Shown: positions 40,902 to 49,380 of the stretch, one piece after another
Layout of the letters: each line of letters begins with the position of its first letter
Numbering within the stretch: the stretch's first letter is position 1
Origin: Kofleriaceae bacterium
GTDB taxonomy: Bacteria > Myxococcota_A > Polyangia > Haliangiales > Haliangiaceae
DNA: 64,000 nt
Assembly: GCA_036271975.1 (NCBI GenBank)
Contig: DATAZP010000045.1
Coordinates: 18,018-82,017 of the forward strand
Direction of reading: 5' to 3'
Notes under the pieces: model-generated
What the model saw: only the letters and a program-made list of their open reading frames with translations
Told to the model about the DNA's origin: nothing
Database searches by the model: none
Translations under genes and position numbers: made by a program

Positions 40902-41656
40902 CGCAGCAGCTCCCTGCGATCGACGAACGGCGTCACGCACGGCGGGCCGTCGGCGTGGAGGTAGGTCCGCACGGCGCCGGGGGCGAACGCGGCGAGCGTC
41001 GCGCAACGCGTGCCGTAGGTCGCCGTGTGGATGCAGTTCGCGGTCAGCGGCGCGGGCAGCGCGCCCGGCGCGGGCGCGGCGTCGGCCGGGCTCGCGACCT
41101 GCGTGTGGTCCCCGAGCATCGCGGGCAGTGCGGCGACCAGCGCGTCCCAGCGCGGGCTGACCGCGAGCTGCTGCGCGATCCGATCGTGTAGCCGCGTGCC
41201 CCGCGCGAACTTCGTGCTCTCCAGTCGGTCGTTGCACAGCACGTGGACGCCGTCCGCTAGCTTCGTCGTATCGGTCGAGCCGTCGCGCCGCAGATACGAG
41301 ATCCACGCGCCGCGCCGCGCGTCGCCCCACACGAGGTTCATGCTCGCGTAGGCGCGCGGATCGAGCGCGGCCACATATGCCTCGGGATCGCTCGCAGCCG
41401 CGAGCTCGCGGACGACCACACCGCGCGAGCGCGCGCCCGGCGGCGCCGTCGCGCCGAACTGGTTCGTCACCGCGGCGAACGCGCCGTCGGCGCGCACCGC
41501 GAGCCACGTACCGCCGCCGACGGCGTCCACGCCGCAGGCGATTCCAGGAGCTACCCGTTCGGGCGGCCGGCTCGCGCGCGCGTACATCTCGTCGCGATTC
41601 GCAGCGAGCGCGAGCGCCGCATCGCACGCGTTGACGAGGATCGCGATCGTGCACAT
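40898..41656 (-). CDS. NRDE-family (TANGO2-like) protein, 252 aa
   Basis: N-terminal MCT (Cys2) and an AANRDEMY motif, plus GGTWLAV. Confidence 0.75.
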   Translation of the reverse strand: MCTIAILVNACDAALALAANRDEMYARASRPPERVAPGIACGVDAVGGGTWLAVRADGAFAAVTNQFGATAPPGARSRGVVVRELAAASDPEAYVAALDPRAYASMNLVWGDARRGAWISYLRRDGSTDTTKLADGVHVLCNDRLESTKFARGTRLHDRIAQQLAVSPRWDALVAALPAMLGDHTQVASPADAAPAPGALPAPLTANCIHTATYGTRCATLAAFAPGAVRTYLHADGPPCVTPFVDRRELLR

Positions 41657-41711
41657 AGAGTCAGCCCCGCGCCTTGCATGTGGGGCGTCCGCTCCCTACA
41701 GTGCCGCGAGG

Positions 41712-42227
41712 ATGAGACTGTATCCAGGCAAGGTCGACACGATCGCCGCCGAGATCATCACGACGTTGACGCAGGCCGGCGACATCGAGGTGAGCGACCA
41801 CAACGAGGCGCAGCTCGATGCCGCCGCGGTTCTCAAAGAGTACATCCGCGTCGACAAAGAGCTCACCGAGCGCGCCAAGGACATCCTCGAGATCCGCGGT
41901 CTGCCGTATTCCCATCTCGGCCGCACCAAGCGCCAGCTCGCCGAGCAGAAGGAGTTCGGGCTCGGCGAAGACGGGCTGTCGTGGATCTCCAACCAGATGC
42001 TCGAAGCGTTCATGTCGTCGCGTCACGTCGACGAGGTGTTCGCCGACGACGTCATCATGCGCCGCAAGATCAAGGACATCTGCAAGAAGCACATGATGGT
42101 CGACGAAGCGATCGACCAGGAAGTGCGCGACCGGATCAAGAACCTCGAGGAAGGGACCTCCGCGTGGGAGGTCGAGTACGCGAAGGTCCTCGATCAGATC
42201 AAGACCAAGCACGGCCTCAAGGAATAG
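41712..42227 (+). CDS. DUF507-like protein (171 aa)
   Basis: ATG at 41712 within track ORF 41631..42227. MRLYPGKVDTIAAEIITTL...; charged and helical, with lower GC than its surroundings. The family assignment is from memory. Confidence 0.5.
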   Translation: MRLYPGKVDTIAAEIITTLTQAGDIEVSDHNEAQLDAAAVLKEYIRVDKELTERAKDILEIRGLPYSHLGRTKRQLAEQKEFGLGEDGLSWISNQMLEAFMSSRHVDEVFADDVIMRRKIKDICKKHMMVDEAIDQEVRDRIKNLEEGTSAWEVEYAKVLDQIKTKHGLKE

Positions 42228-42254
42228 CCGTGCTCGAGTCGATCACGCCCGGGC

Positions 42255-42881
42255 TCACGCCTTGGGCTTGACCGACTCGCACGCCTTGATGATCTCTTCC
42301 TTCTTGATGCCGCCGGCCGACATCGCGTCCTTGCGCGGCGTCACGTTGCCCGAGCACACGATCTGCGAGTCACCGAACTTGCGGATGTAGCCCATCTCGA
42401 CGTTCTTGCCGTCGTCGTCCTTCACGACGGCGTACCAGCCCTTGTCGGTGACCTTGGTCTCGACGACCTCGGTGATCGCGGTGCCGAACTGCATCATCAT
42501 CGGCGCCGCCTCCTTGAGGTCGTCGATCGAGTCGAGCTTGTCCTTGACCACGCGGATGACGATGCCGGTCATGAAGTCGTCGTTCTCCCACTTCGCGACC
42601 TTCGCGTCGGCGTCCCACGTCGGCTTCCACTTGCCCATCGGCGGCAGGTCGAGGCCGAGGAAGTCCTTGCTCTCGTCCGCGCTCGGGCCGGCCGCGGCGG
42701 GCGGCGGCTTCGGCATGTCCGCGGCGGGCTTCGCGGCCGGCGGATCGGCCGGCTTGTCCGCGGTCGTCGGGTCGGCGGCGACCGGCTTGTCGTCGGCCTT
42801 GGCCGCCGGCTTGGCGTCGTCCTTCTTCGAGCAGGCAGCGACCAGGCACAGAGCAGCGGCGAGGAGCGTCGTGTGTTTCAT
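42255..42881 (-). CDS. Lipoprotein with Ala/Pro/Lys-rich linker, unknown function (208 aa)
   Basis: MKHTTLLAAALCLVAAC lipobox (internal Met of track ORF 42255..42911). A globular C-terminal domain follows the linker. Confidence 0.6.
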   Translation of the reverse strand: MKHTTLLAAALCLVAACSKKDDAKPAAKADDKPVAADPTTADKPADPPAAKPAADMPKPPPAAAGPSADESKDFLGLDLPPMGKWKPTWDADAKVAKWENDDFMTGIVIRVVKDKLDSIDDLKEAAPMMMQFGTAITEVVETKVTDKGWYAVVKDDDGKNVEMGYIRKFGDSQIVCSGNVTPRKDAMSAGGIKKEEIIKACESVKPKA

Positions 42882-43096
42882 GCGCGGCCCCCCGTGCACG
42901 AGGCGAACCAAGTCGGGGCATCGCGGTTCCGGCGAGTTGGCCGCGCGATCGGGTTCGGCGAGACCCGCCGGCTACGGCAGTAGTGTGGTCGGCTGGCTCC
43001 GCAGGTCGTTCAGTTCGGGATGCCGCGCCGGGTTCTGGGAGCGTGACGGGGTAGCCGCCATGTACGGCCGCCGGGAACCGCCGATGTGGATCTCGA

Positions 43097-44254
43097 ATGC
43101 GAATCGCGTCGTCGCTGCTGGTGGTCGCGCTGGTCGGATGTGGGCAGGTCGTGGACCTCGACGACGGCTCCGACGATGGCGCCGATGTCGCGACGACGCC
43201 GGTGTGCACCGGCACCTACCGCTGCCTCGCGCACCTCGTCGTCGACAGCGCGCGCGCCGTCACCGACACGACCAAGCCAGCTGGCTTCGGCCCCGCCGAC
43301 CTCGCGAGCGCGTATCACCTGAAGACGGTGACCGCGTCGCCCGGCACGATCGCGATCGTCGATGCCTACGACTACGCGGCCGCCGACAGCGACCTCGCGA
43401 AGTACCGCTCGCAGTACGGCCTGCCCGCGTGCACGTCGGCGACCGGCTGCTTCAAGCGCGTCAACCAGAACGGGGCCGCGGCGCCGCTGCCGGGCCCGCC
43501 GCCGGCCGGCGACGACTGGACGATCGAGGCCGCGCTCGACCTCGACATGGCGAGCGCCGCGTGCCCGGCGTGCAAGCTGATCCTCGTCGAGGCCACCGAC
43601 GACGATAGCCTCGCGTTGTTCGTCGCGCAGACCGGCGCCGCGTCGCTGAAGCCCACCGTGATCAGCAACAGCTGGGGCGGCCCCGAGGTCGCGGGCGTCG
43701 CGACGCTCGAGCCGTACTTCAACCATCCCGGCATCGGCGAGTTCGCGGCGACCGGTGACTACGGCTACGACTTCGGCGGCGGCGGCCCGGTGTATCCGAG
43801 CACGTCGTCGCACGTGACCGCGGTCGGCGGCACGACGCTCGCGAAGGCGTCGACCAGCCGCGGCTGGACCGAGACCGCGTGGGCCGACAGCGGCAGCTCG
43901 TGCAGCGGCGCGATCGCGAAGCCGAGCTACCAGACGACCGCGGCGTGCGGCAAGCGCGCGGCGTCGGACGTGTCGGCGGTCGGCAACCCGAGCACGGGCG
44001 TCGCGGTCTACAACACGCCGAACGGCGGCTGGATCGTGGTCGGCGGTACGAGCGCCGCGACGCCGCTGGTCGCGGGCATCTACACGCTGTACGGGCTCGG
44101 CGGTCAGGCGCCGGGCTGGGCGTATGCCCACGCGGCGGACTTCTACGACGTGACGTCGGGGACGAACGGCTCGTGCGGCACGGCGCTGTGCAAGGCCGGC
44201 GCGGGCTGGGATGGCCCGACCGGCATCGGCACGCCGAACGGCACGAAGCTGTGA
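43097..44254 (+). CDS. Sedolisin (peptidase S53)-like serine protease lipoprotein lacking a recognisable prodomain (385 aa)
   Basis: Lipobox LVGCG; DWTIEAALDLDMA (Glu/Asp of the S53 triad); GGTSAATPLVAG (catalytic Ser). Only about 50 aa precede the catalytic domain. Confidence 0.7.
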   Translation: MRIASSLLVVALVGCGQVVDLDDGSDDGADVATTPVCTGTYRCLAHLVVDSARAVTDTTKPAGFGPADLASAYHLKTVTASPGTIAIVDAYDYAAADSDLAKYRSQYGLPACTSATGCFKRVNQNGAAAPLPGPPPAGDDWTIEAALDLDMASAACPACKLILVEATDDDSLALFVAQTGAASLKPTVISNSWGGPEVAGVATLEPYFNHPGIGEFAATGDYGYDFGGGGPVYPSTSSHVTAVGGTTLAKASTSRGWTETAWADSGSSCSGAIAKPSYQTTAACGKRAASDVSAVGNPSTGVAVYNTPNGGWIVVGGTSAATPLVAGIYTLYGLGGQAPGWAYAHAADFYDVTSGTNGSCGTALCKAGAGWDGPTGIGTPNGTKL

Positions 44255-44257
44255 CCG

Positions 44258-44728
44258 TCAGTCGGTCTCGCTGATCCGGAAGTCGTAGGTGCAGTCGCCG
44301 AACGGGTCGACGCTCGACGGGATCGTGCCGGACACCCACGTGCAGAAGCCGGTCTCGACGCCGTCATCCGGCGATGGCTCGATGCAGTCCAGCGAGCTCC
44401 CGTCCGGGCACTGCTCGGTGAACGACGCGGTGGTCGCGTAGTCGTCGCCGACGTCGCCGTCGTCGTCGAGCTCGAACGAGAACGAGCAGGTGCATCCGGG
44501 CTCGCAGATGTCGACCGTGTTCGCGGGGACCATCCCGTCCCGATCGGTGAACATCGGGCACGCGCCGGTGTAGCCGGAGCCATACGCCTCGTCGACCAGC
44601 TTGCCGCCCGAGAAGTCGAGCGCCCACGTCGACCCGGCCTCGGCGCGGTCGTAGAAGTCTTTTGCCTCCTCGTGCTGGGCGCAGCTTGCCAGGACCACCA
44701 GAGACCACGACACCACGGCGATTCGCAT
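44258..44728 (-). CDS. Small Cys-rich acidic lipoprotein (156 aa), unknown function
   Basis: MRIAVVSWSLVVLASC lipobox; nine further Cys residues; many Asp residues. Convergent with the sedolisin gene, with a 3-nt gap. Confidence 0.5.
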   Translation of the reverse strand: MRIAVVSWSLVVLASCAQHEEAKDFYDRAEAGSTWALDFSGGKLVDEAYGSGYTGACPMFTDRDGMVPANTVDICEPGCTCSFSFELDDDGDVGDDYATTASFTEQCPDGSSLDCIEPSPDDGVETGFCTWVSGTIPSSVDPFGDCTYDFRISETD

Positions 44729-44791
44729 GCGTCGGGGACCGAGCAACCGCGATGCCGCGCGCTAACTGCGCGACGCCACGCGCGCGACCGT

Positions 44792-44823
44792 CAGCGAGTC
44801 GTCGCTGGCTGGTGGACCAGCCA
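44792..44823 (-). terminator. Two adjacent GC-rich hairpins directly after the ABC exporter stop codon (candidate terminator, no U-tract)
   Basis: The minus strand reads TGGCTGG-TCCA-CCAGCCA, overlapping CAGCGA-CGAC-TCGCTG. Confidence 0.25.
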
Positions 44824-46590
44824 TCACGCCGCGCGCTCGGCCGCGTCCGCGGGCGCCGCCGTGTACTCGCGCCACAGCTCCTGGAACCGCGGCTGGCGCG
44901 CGAGCAGGTCCGCGAACGAGCCGGTGTCGACCACGGCGCCGCCGTCGAGCAGCACGACGGTGTCGAACCGCGACAGCAGGTGCAGGCGGTGGATCGCGGA
45001 CACCACGCACGCGTCGCCGAGCGCGCCGAGCACGCCGTCGTAGATCTTGCCCTCGGTGATCGGGTCGACGCTGCTCGTCGGCTCGTCGAGCAGCACGAGC
45101 GACGCGCGATCCGCCGCGAGCAGGCCGCGCGCGAGCGCGAGCCGCTGGCGCTGGCCGCCCGACAGGTTCGCGCCGCGCTCGGAGATCGCGGTCGCGTAGC
45201 CGGCGGGCAAGGCAGAGATCACCGGCCCCAGGCACGTCAGCTCGCACGCGCGCGCGAGCTCGGCGTCGCTGCGCGGCACGCCGAGCGTGAGGTTCGTGCG
45301 GACGTCGCTGTCGAAGATCTCGGGCTCCTGCGGCACGAGGAGCGCGAGCCCCGCGAGGTCGGTGCGCGCGGTCGCGTGGCCGTCGATCGTGATGCGGATC
45401 GCGTCGGCCGGGTACATGCCGGCGAGCACGCGCAGCAGCGTGCTCTTGCCGGCGCCGCTGCCGCCGACCAGCGCGACGCGCGCGCCGCGGCGCAGCTCGA
45501 GCGACAGGTCCGACAGGCCGCGCGCCCCGTTGGGGTGGCGCAGCGTCGCGCCGTCGATGCGGATCGACTGCCACGCGCGGTCGGCGTCGGCGGTCGCGAG
45601 CTCGGGCTGCGGCGTCGCGTCCCAGATCGGATCGGCGCACGCGATGTCGGCCTGGCGCTTCACGAGGTCGGTCCAGTTGCCCGCCATCGAGCTGACCACG
45701 CCGCCGACCTGCTGCGCGTACGCGTGTACGACGACGATCGAGCCGACGAGGATCGCGCCGGCGTCGCGATAGGCGAGCCACGCGTACAGCGCCACCAGCC
45801 CGACCCGCATCGCGTTGTTGAGCAGATCGATCGCGCCCCACTTCGCCTCGTTGACGACGAAGCTGCGGCGAAGCGGCACCGACACCTCGGCGTGGCGCGC
45901 GCGCACCAGCGAGCGCAGCGGCGCGCCGAGCCCGAGCGCGAGCACGGTGCCGATGTTGCCGACGCTGTCGACCACGGACGCGGTGTAGCGGCGCTCGGCC
46001 GCGTTCTCGTCGCGGATGAGCCGCATCATCACGCGGTCGAAGCGCAGGAGCACGATCGCGATCGCGCCGTAGCCCGCGAGCGCCACGCCGCCGACCGCCG
46101 GCGACAGCGCGAGCAGCGCGATGATCGGCCCGACGATGCCGACCGCGTTCTGCAGGAAGATGAATTGATTCTGCGCGAAGCCGAACAGCGCCGCCTGCGT
46201 CGCCTGCAGCCGGTGCAGCGTCTCGCCGCTGTGGTGCTGCTCGTGCCAGCGCAGCGGCAGCGCGACCAGCCGCGCGAACAGATCGTCGGCGAGCTGCTCG
46301 CGCGCGTGCAGCGCGACGCGGCGCTCGAGCACGCGCGCCGGACCGTGGAGCACCCACGCGGCCATCGCGACGCCGAGCATCGCGGCGAGGTAGCCGCCGG
46401 CGGTCGGGACGCCGGCCGCGCCGTCGGTCTGGAGGACGTCGATCGCGAGGCCGAACAGCCACGGGATCGTGATGCGCAGCACCTGCGCGGTGACGAGCAT
46501 GACGAGGGCGAGCACGAGCCGGCCGCGCATGCCGCGCGCGTAGCGCCACAGCACGGCGTACAGCCGGACGATGCCTCCACCCGCGGGCAC
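44824..46590 (-). CDS. ABC exporter, fused permease/ATPase (MsbA-like), 588 aa
   Basis: Six-TM N-terminal half. Walker A GGSGAGKST, signature LSGGQRQR, Walker B LVLLDEPTS. GTG start. Confidence 0.85.
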   Translation of the reverse strand: MPAGGGIVRLYAVLWRYARGMRGRLVLALVMLVTAQVLRITIPWLFGLAIDVLQTDGAAGVPTAGGYLAAMLGVAMAAWVLHGPARVLERRVALHAREQLADDLFARLVALPLRWHEQHHSGETLHRLQATQAALFGFAQNQFIFLQNAVGIVGPIIALLALSPAVGGVALAGYGAIAIVLLRFDRVMMRLIRDENAAERRYTASVVDSVGNIGTVLALGLGAPLRSLVRARHAEVSVPLRRSFVVNEAKWGAIDLLNNAMRVGLVALYAWLAYRDAGAILVGSIVVVHAYAQQVGGVVSSMAGNWTDLVKRQADIACADPIWDATPQPELATADADRAWQSIRIDGATLRHPNGARGLSDLSLELRRGARVALVGGSGAGKSTLLRVLAGMYPADAIRITIDGHATARTDLAGLALLVPQEPEIFDSDVRTNLTLGVPRSDAELARACELTCLGPVISALPAGYATAISERGANLSGGQRQRLALARGLLAADRASLVLLDEPTSSVDPITEGKIYDGVLGALGDACVVSAIHRLHLLSRFDTVVLLDGGAVVDTGSFADLLARQPRFQELWREYTAAPADAAERAA

Positions 46591-46618
46591 GAGCGACCAC
46601 TGTAGCAGGAGACCTGCG

Positions 46619-48076
46619 CTAGGCCCTGCCCCATCGCCACGCGGCCGCGACGGCGTACACGAACACCAGCCCGCCGAACGCCGGGCCGGCGTGCTCGGGC
46701 AGCGCGACCGCGACCGCGAGGTAGACGAGCGCGATCGGCCCGCCGGCGATCATCCAGCGCTCGAACACGATGCCCGCGATCACCGTGACGACGCCGAGCA
46801 TCACCGCGTCGCCGACCAGCGTGTCGCGCGCGGGCGAGCCGAGCAGCAGCGCGACCGCGCGGTGCACGAGGAAGCCGCCCGCGGTGACGAGCATGACCGC
46901 GCCGACGCGCCGGTTGTGCGCGCTGGTCACGAGGCTCTTGCGCAGCACGAACCCGATCAGCGACAGCATCGTCACCGCGAGCGCGCTCTGCGCGACGATC
47001 CAGCCCGGCGAGGTGTCGAGCGACGACGCGAGCGTCGTGCCGACGAGCGACGCCAGCGCACCGATCGACAGCAGCGCCGCGCCGATGCGGCGCCCGCGGC
47101 GCCCGCGCGCCGGATCGTGCGCGGGATCGACCTGCAGCGGCCGCTCGAGCTCGGCGAGGAGCGCGTCCATCGACGCGAAGCGGTCGCCGGGCGCCGCCGA
47201 CAGCGACCGCACGATCGCGGCGACCACGCTCGCGGGCAGCTCGGGATCGCCGGTCGGCGCGCGCAGCTCGCCCGCGCACACCGACGCGCGCAGCTCGCCG
47301 AGCGTGTCGCCCGCGAACGGGGCGGCGCCGAACAGCGCGCGATACACGGCGACCGCGAACCCGAACTGGTCGGCCGCCGGACCGATGTTGTCGCCGCGGA
47401 AGTGCTCCGGCGACATGTAGCCCGGCGTGCCCATCATCGAGCCGGCGGCGGTCAGCTCGAGGTCGAGCACGTTCGCCGCGCCGGCGGTGCGCGGCGGCCG
47501 CGACGGGTCATCGGGCGACGGCGACGGCAACGGCGACGGCGCGGCGACGCCGCGCGCGAGCCCGAAGTCGAGCACGCGCGGCCGGCCGTCGCGCCCGACG
47601 AGCACGTTGTCCGGCTTGTAGTCGCGATGCACGATGCCGACCGCGTGCGCCGCCGCGAGCCCGCGCCCGGCGGCGACGTGGATCGCGAGCGTGTCGCGCC
47701 ACGACCGCGCGGCGCGGCGCTGCCACGCCGACAGCGGCTCGCCATCGACGAGTTCCATCGCCACGAACACCTGGTCGTCGTGCTCGCCGACCTCGTAGAT
47801 CGGCACGACGTTGGGGTGCGCGACCTTCGCCATCGCCTGCGCCTCGCGCATCAGCCGCGCGCGGCCCTGCGTGCCGCCGTCGCCGGCGAGCCGCACCAGC
47901 TTGATCGCGACCGGGCGATCGAGCCGAGCGTCGTAGCCGTCGTAGACGATGCCCATGCCGCCCTCGCCGAGCGTGCGGCGGATCTCGAAGCGGCCGATGG
48001 TCTGCCGCGGCGCGGCACGCACGCGTCCCGCCACGCCGTCGGCGAACGTCGACGCGTCGTCCCGCGGCGCCCCCAT
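46619..48076 (-). CDS. Ser/Thr protein kinase with polytopic C-terminal membrane domain (485 aa)
   Basis: LGEGGMGIVY, VAIKLV, HRDYKPDNVL, DFGLAR, then PGYMSPE, followed by four to five hydrophobic helices. Confidence 0.85.
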   Translation of the reverse strand: MGAPRDDASTFADGVAGRVRAAPRQTIGRFEIRRTLGEGGMGIVYDGYDARLDRPVAIKLVRLAGDGGTQGRARLMREAQAMAKVAHPNVVPIYEVGEHDDQVFVAMELVDGEPLSAWQRRAARSWRDTLAIHVAAGRGLAAAHAVGIVHRDYKPDNVLVGRDGRPRVLDFGLARGVAAPSPLPSPSPDDPSRPPRTAGAANVLDLELTAAGSMMGTPGYMSPEHFRGDNIGPAADQFGFAVAVYRALFGAAPFAGDTLGELRASVCAGELRAPTGDPELPASVVAAIVRSLSAAPGDRFASMDALLAELERPLQVDPAHDPARGRRGRRIGAALLSIGALASLVGTTLASSLDTSPGWIVAQSALAVTMLSLIGFVLRKSLVTSAHNRRVGAVMLVTAGGFLVHRAVALLLGSPARDTLVGDAVMLGVVTVIAGIVFERWMIAGGPIALVYLAVAVALPEHAGPAFGGLVFVYAVAAAWRWGRA

Positions 48077-48188
48077 CCGGTGATGGTACCGCGCGCGCGC
48101 CGGGCTGCGTCACGTCGTGGAGCCGTGCCGGACGTCGCGCCCGAAGTCCGGGCTTGGCGAGTCGCGGCGACGGCGTCACAGTAAGAGG

Positions 48189-48614
48189 ATGGAGACGCGT
48201 TGCCGTGACTGCGTCGACCAGCCGGCGGTGCGCTGCGGGCGCTGCCGGACCACGGCGTGCGAGCGCCACGCGTTCGCCGCGCGCTCGCGCTGCGATGCCT
48301 GCGAGCGCGACTGGGCCGACGAGGCGCCGACGCGCCGCGCGGCGAAGATGATCTTCGCGCCGCCGCTCGCGGTGCTCGTCGGCGGGTTCGTGTTCGGCGT
48401 GCTGCTGCCGGTGTCGATCGGCGGCGCGTTCGGCGCGGCCGTGATGTGCGCGCTCGCGTGCGCCGCGGCGTACGGCGCGGGCGCCGGCGCGTGCAGCTTC
48501 GTCGACCGGACCGCGCGCGGGCTGTTCCTGCGCGAGCGCGCGGCGGCGCTGCCGGCGGCGCGGCTGCTACCGAGCTCGACCGGCGCGTCCGGGTCGCTCG
48601 TGCGTCATCGCTGA
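48189..48614 (+). CDS. Zinc-ribbon-like membrane protein (141 aa)
   Basis: ATG at 48189 preceded by AAGAGG. METRCRDC...RCGRCRTTACERH...RCDACERDW, then two hydrophobic helices. Confidence 0.45.
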   Translation: METRCRDCVDQPAVRCGRCRTTACERHAFAARSRCDACERDWADEAPTRRAAKMIFAPPLAVLVGGFVFGVLLPVSIGGAFGAAVMCALACAAAYGAGAGACSFVDRTARGLFLRERAAALPAARLLPSSTGASGSLVRHR

Positions 48615-48624
48615 CCACCGGCGG

Positions 48625-49380
48625 TCAGCGCTCGGGCAGGCCGAGCGCCTCGCGGACCTCGCCGACCACCATGTGCGCGAGCCGATCGATCAGGTGCTCG
48701 CCCTCGCCGACCGTCGCCGCCGCCGGGCTGCCCGCGTACGCCGCGTCCATGCCCATCGCCGCGAACGTCGTCACCCCGGCCGCGAGCTTGTCCGACAGCG
48801 AGATCGCGACCGCCGGCAACCCGGCGCGCACCGATTCGTCGACGAGCTCCGGCGCCGCCGCCATCACGATCGAGGTCTCGTACTGGCCGGCGTGGCACGC
48901 GCCGCTCTTGAACTCCGCCGACAGCGTGCGCGCCCACTTGCGGGTCAGCGGGCACGCGACGCTCACCGTCTTGGCGCGCGCGGCCGCGCGGATCGCCGCG
49001 TCGTGCGCCGGCTCGAGGTGGTTGTTGACCAGGCACACGTGCCGCACGCCGGTCGCGAGCAGCCCGTCGCAGATCGCGGTCACGTACGCCGTGAGCACCG
49101 CCGCCGGCACGGACACCGCGCCGGGGAAGCCGGCCGCGCAGTCGGTGACCCCGTAGCTGATCGCGGGCGCGATCACCGACGTCACCGGGCCGCGCGCCTC
49201 GAACAGCTCGGTCGCGCGCACGCACGCCGCCGCCGAGATCACGACGTCGGTGCCGAGCCCGAGGTGCGGCCCGTGCGGCTCCGTCGACCCGATCGGCACG
49301 AGCGCGATCACCGGCTTGCCGGCGCCGACCAGCGCCGCGAACGACGCGGTCGTGTGCCGCGCGAGGAACTTCTCGCTCAT
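48625..49380 (-). CDS. Creatininase-family amidohydrolase (251 aa)
   Basis: PIGSTEPHGPHLGLGTD, VNNHLEP, CHAGQYETS. The ATG at 49380 overlaps the upstream stop (ATGA). Confidence 0.7.
   Translation of the reverse strand: MSEKFLARHTTASFAALVGAGKPVIALVPIGSTEPHGPHLGLGTDVVISAAACVRATELFEARGPVTSVIAPAISYGVTDCAAGFPGAVSVPAAVLTAYVTAICDGLLATGVRHVCLVNNHLEPAHDAAIRAAARAKTVSVACPLTRKWARTLSAEFKSGACHAGQYETSIVMAAAPELVDESVRAGLPAVAISLSDKLAAGVTTFAAMGMDAAYAGSPAAATVGEGEHLIDRLAHMVVGEVREALGLPER

Noticed and set aside
37065-40964. 1299-aa plus ORF (37065..40964) and 1014-aa minus ORF (37750..40794).
   Set aside because: They span several independently supported genes on both strands (ARH, class-V aminotransferase, pseudokinase, NUDIX) and are Arg-rich, so they are artefacts.
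42209-42233. Inverted repeat GCACGGC-N11-GCCGTGC spanning the DUF507-like stop codon, considered as a bidirectional terminator for the convergent pair.
   Set aside because: It has a long 11-nt loop and no U-tract on either strand, and half of the stem is coding. It is too weak to call.
42882-43096. A 215-nt divergent intergenic region, the longest non-coding stretch in the window, examined for a tRNA, small RNA or small ORF.
   Set aside because: I could recognise no cloverleaf-compatible arms, conserved T-loop or anticodon-stem pattern. There is no convincing small ORF with an SD. It is most simply two divergent promoter regions.
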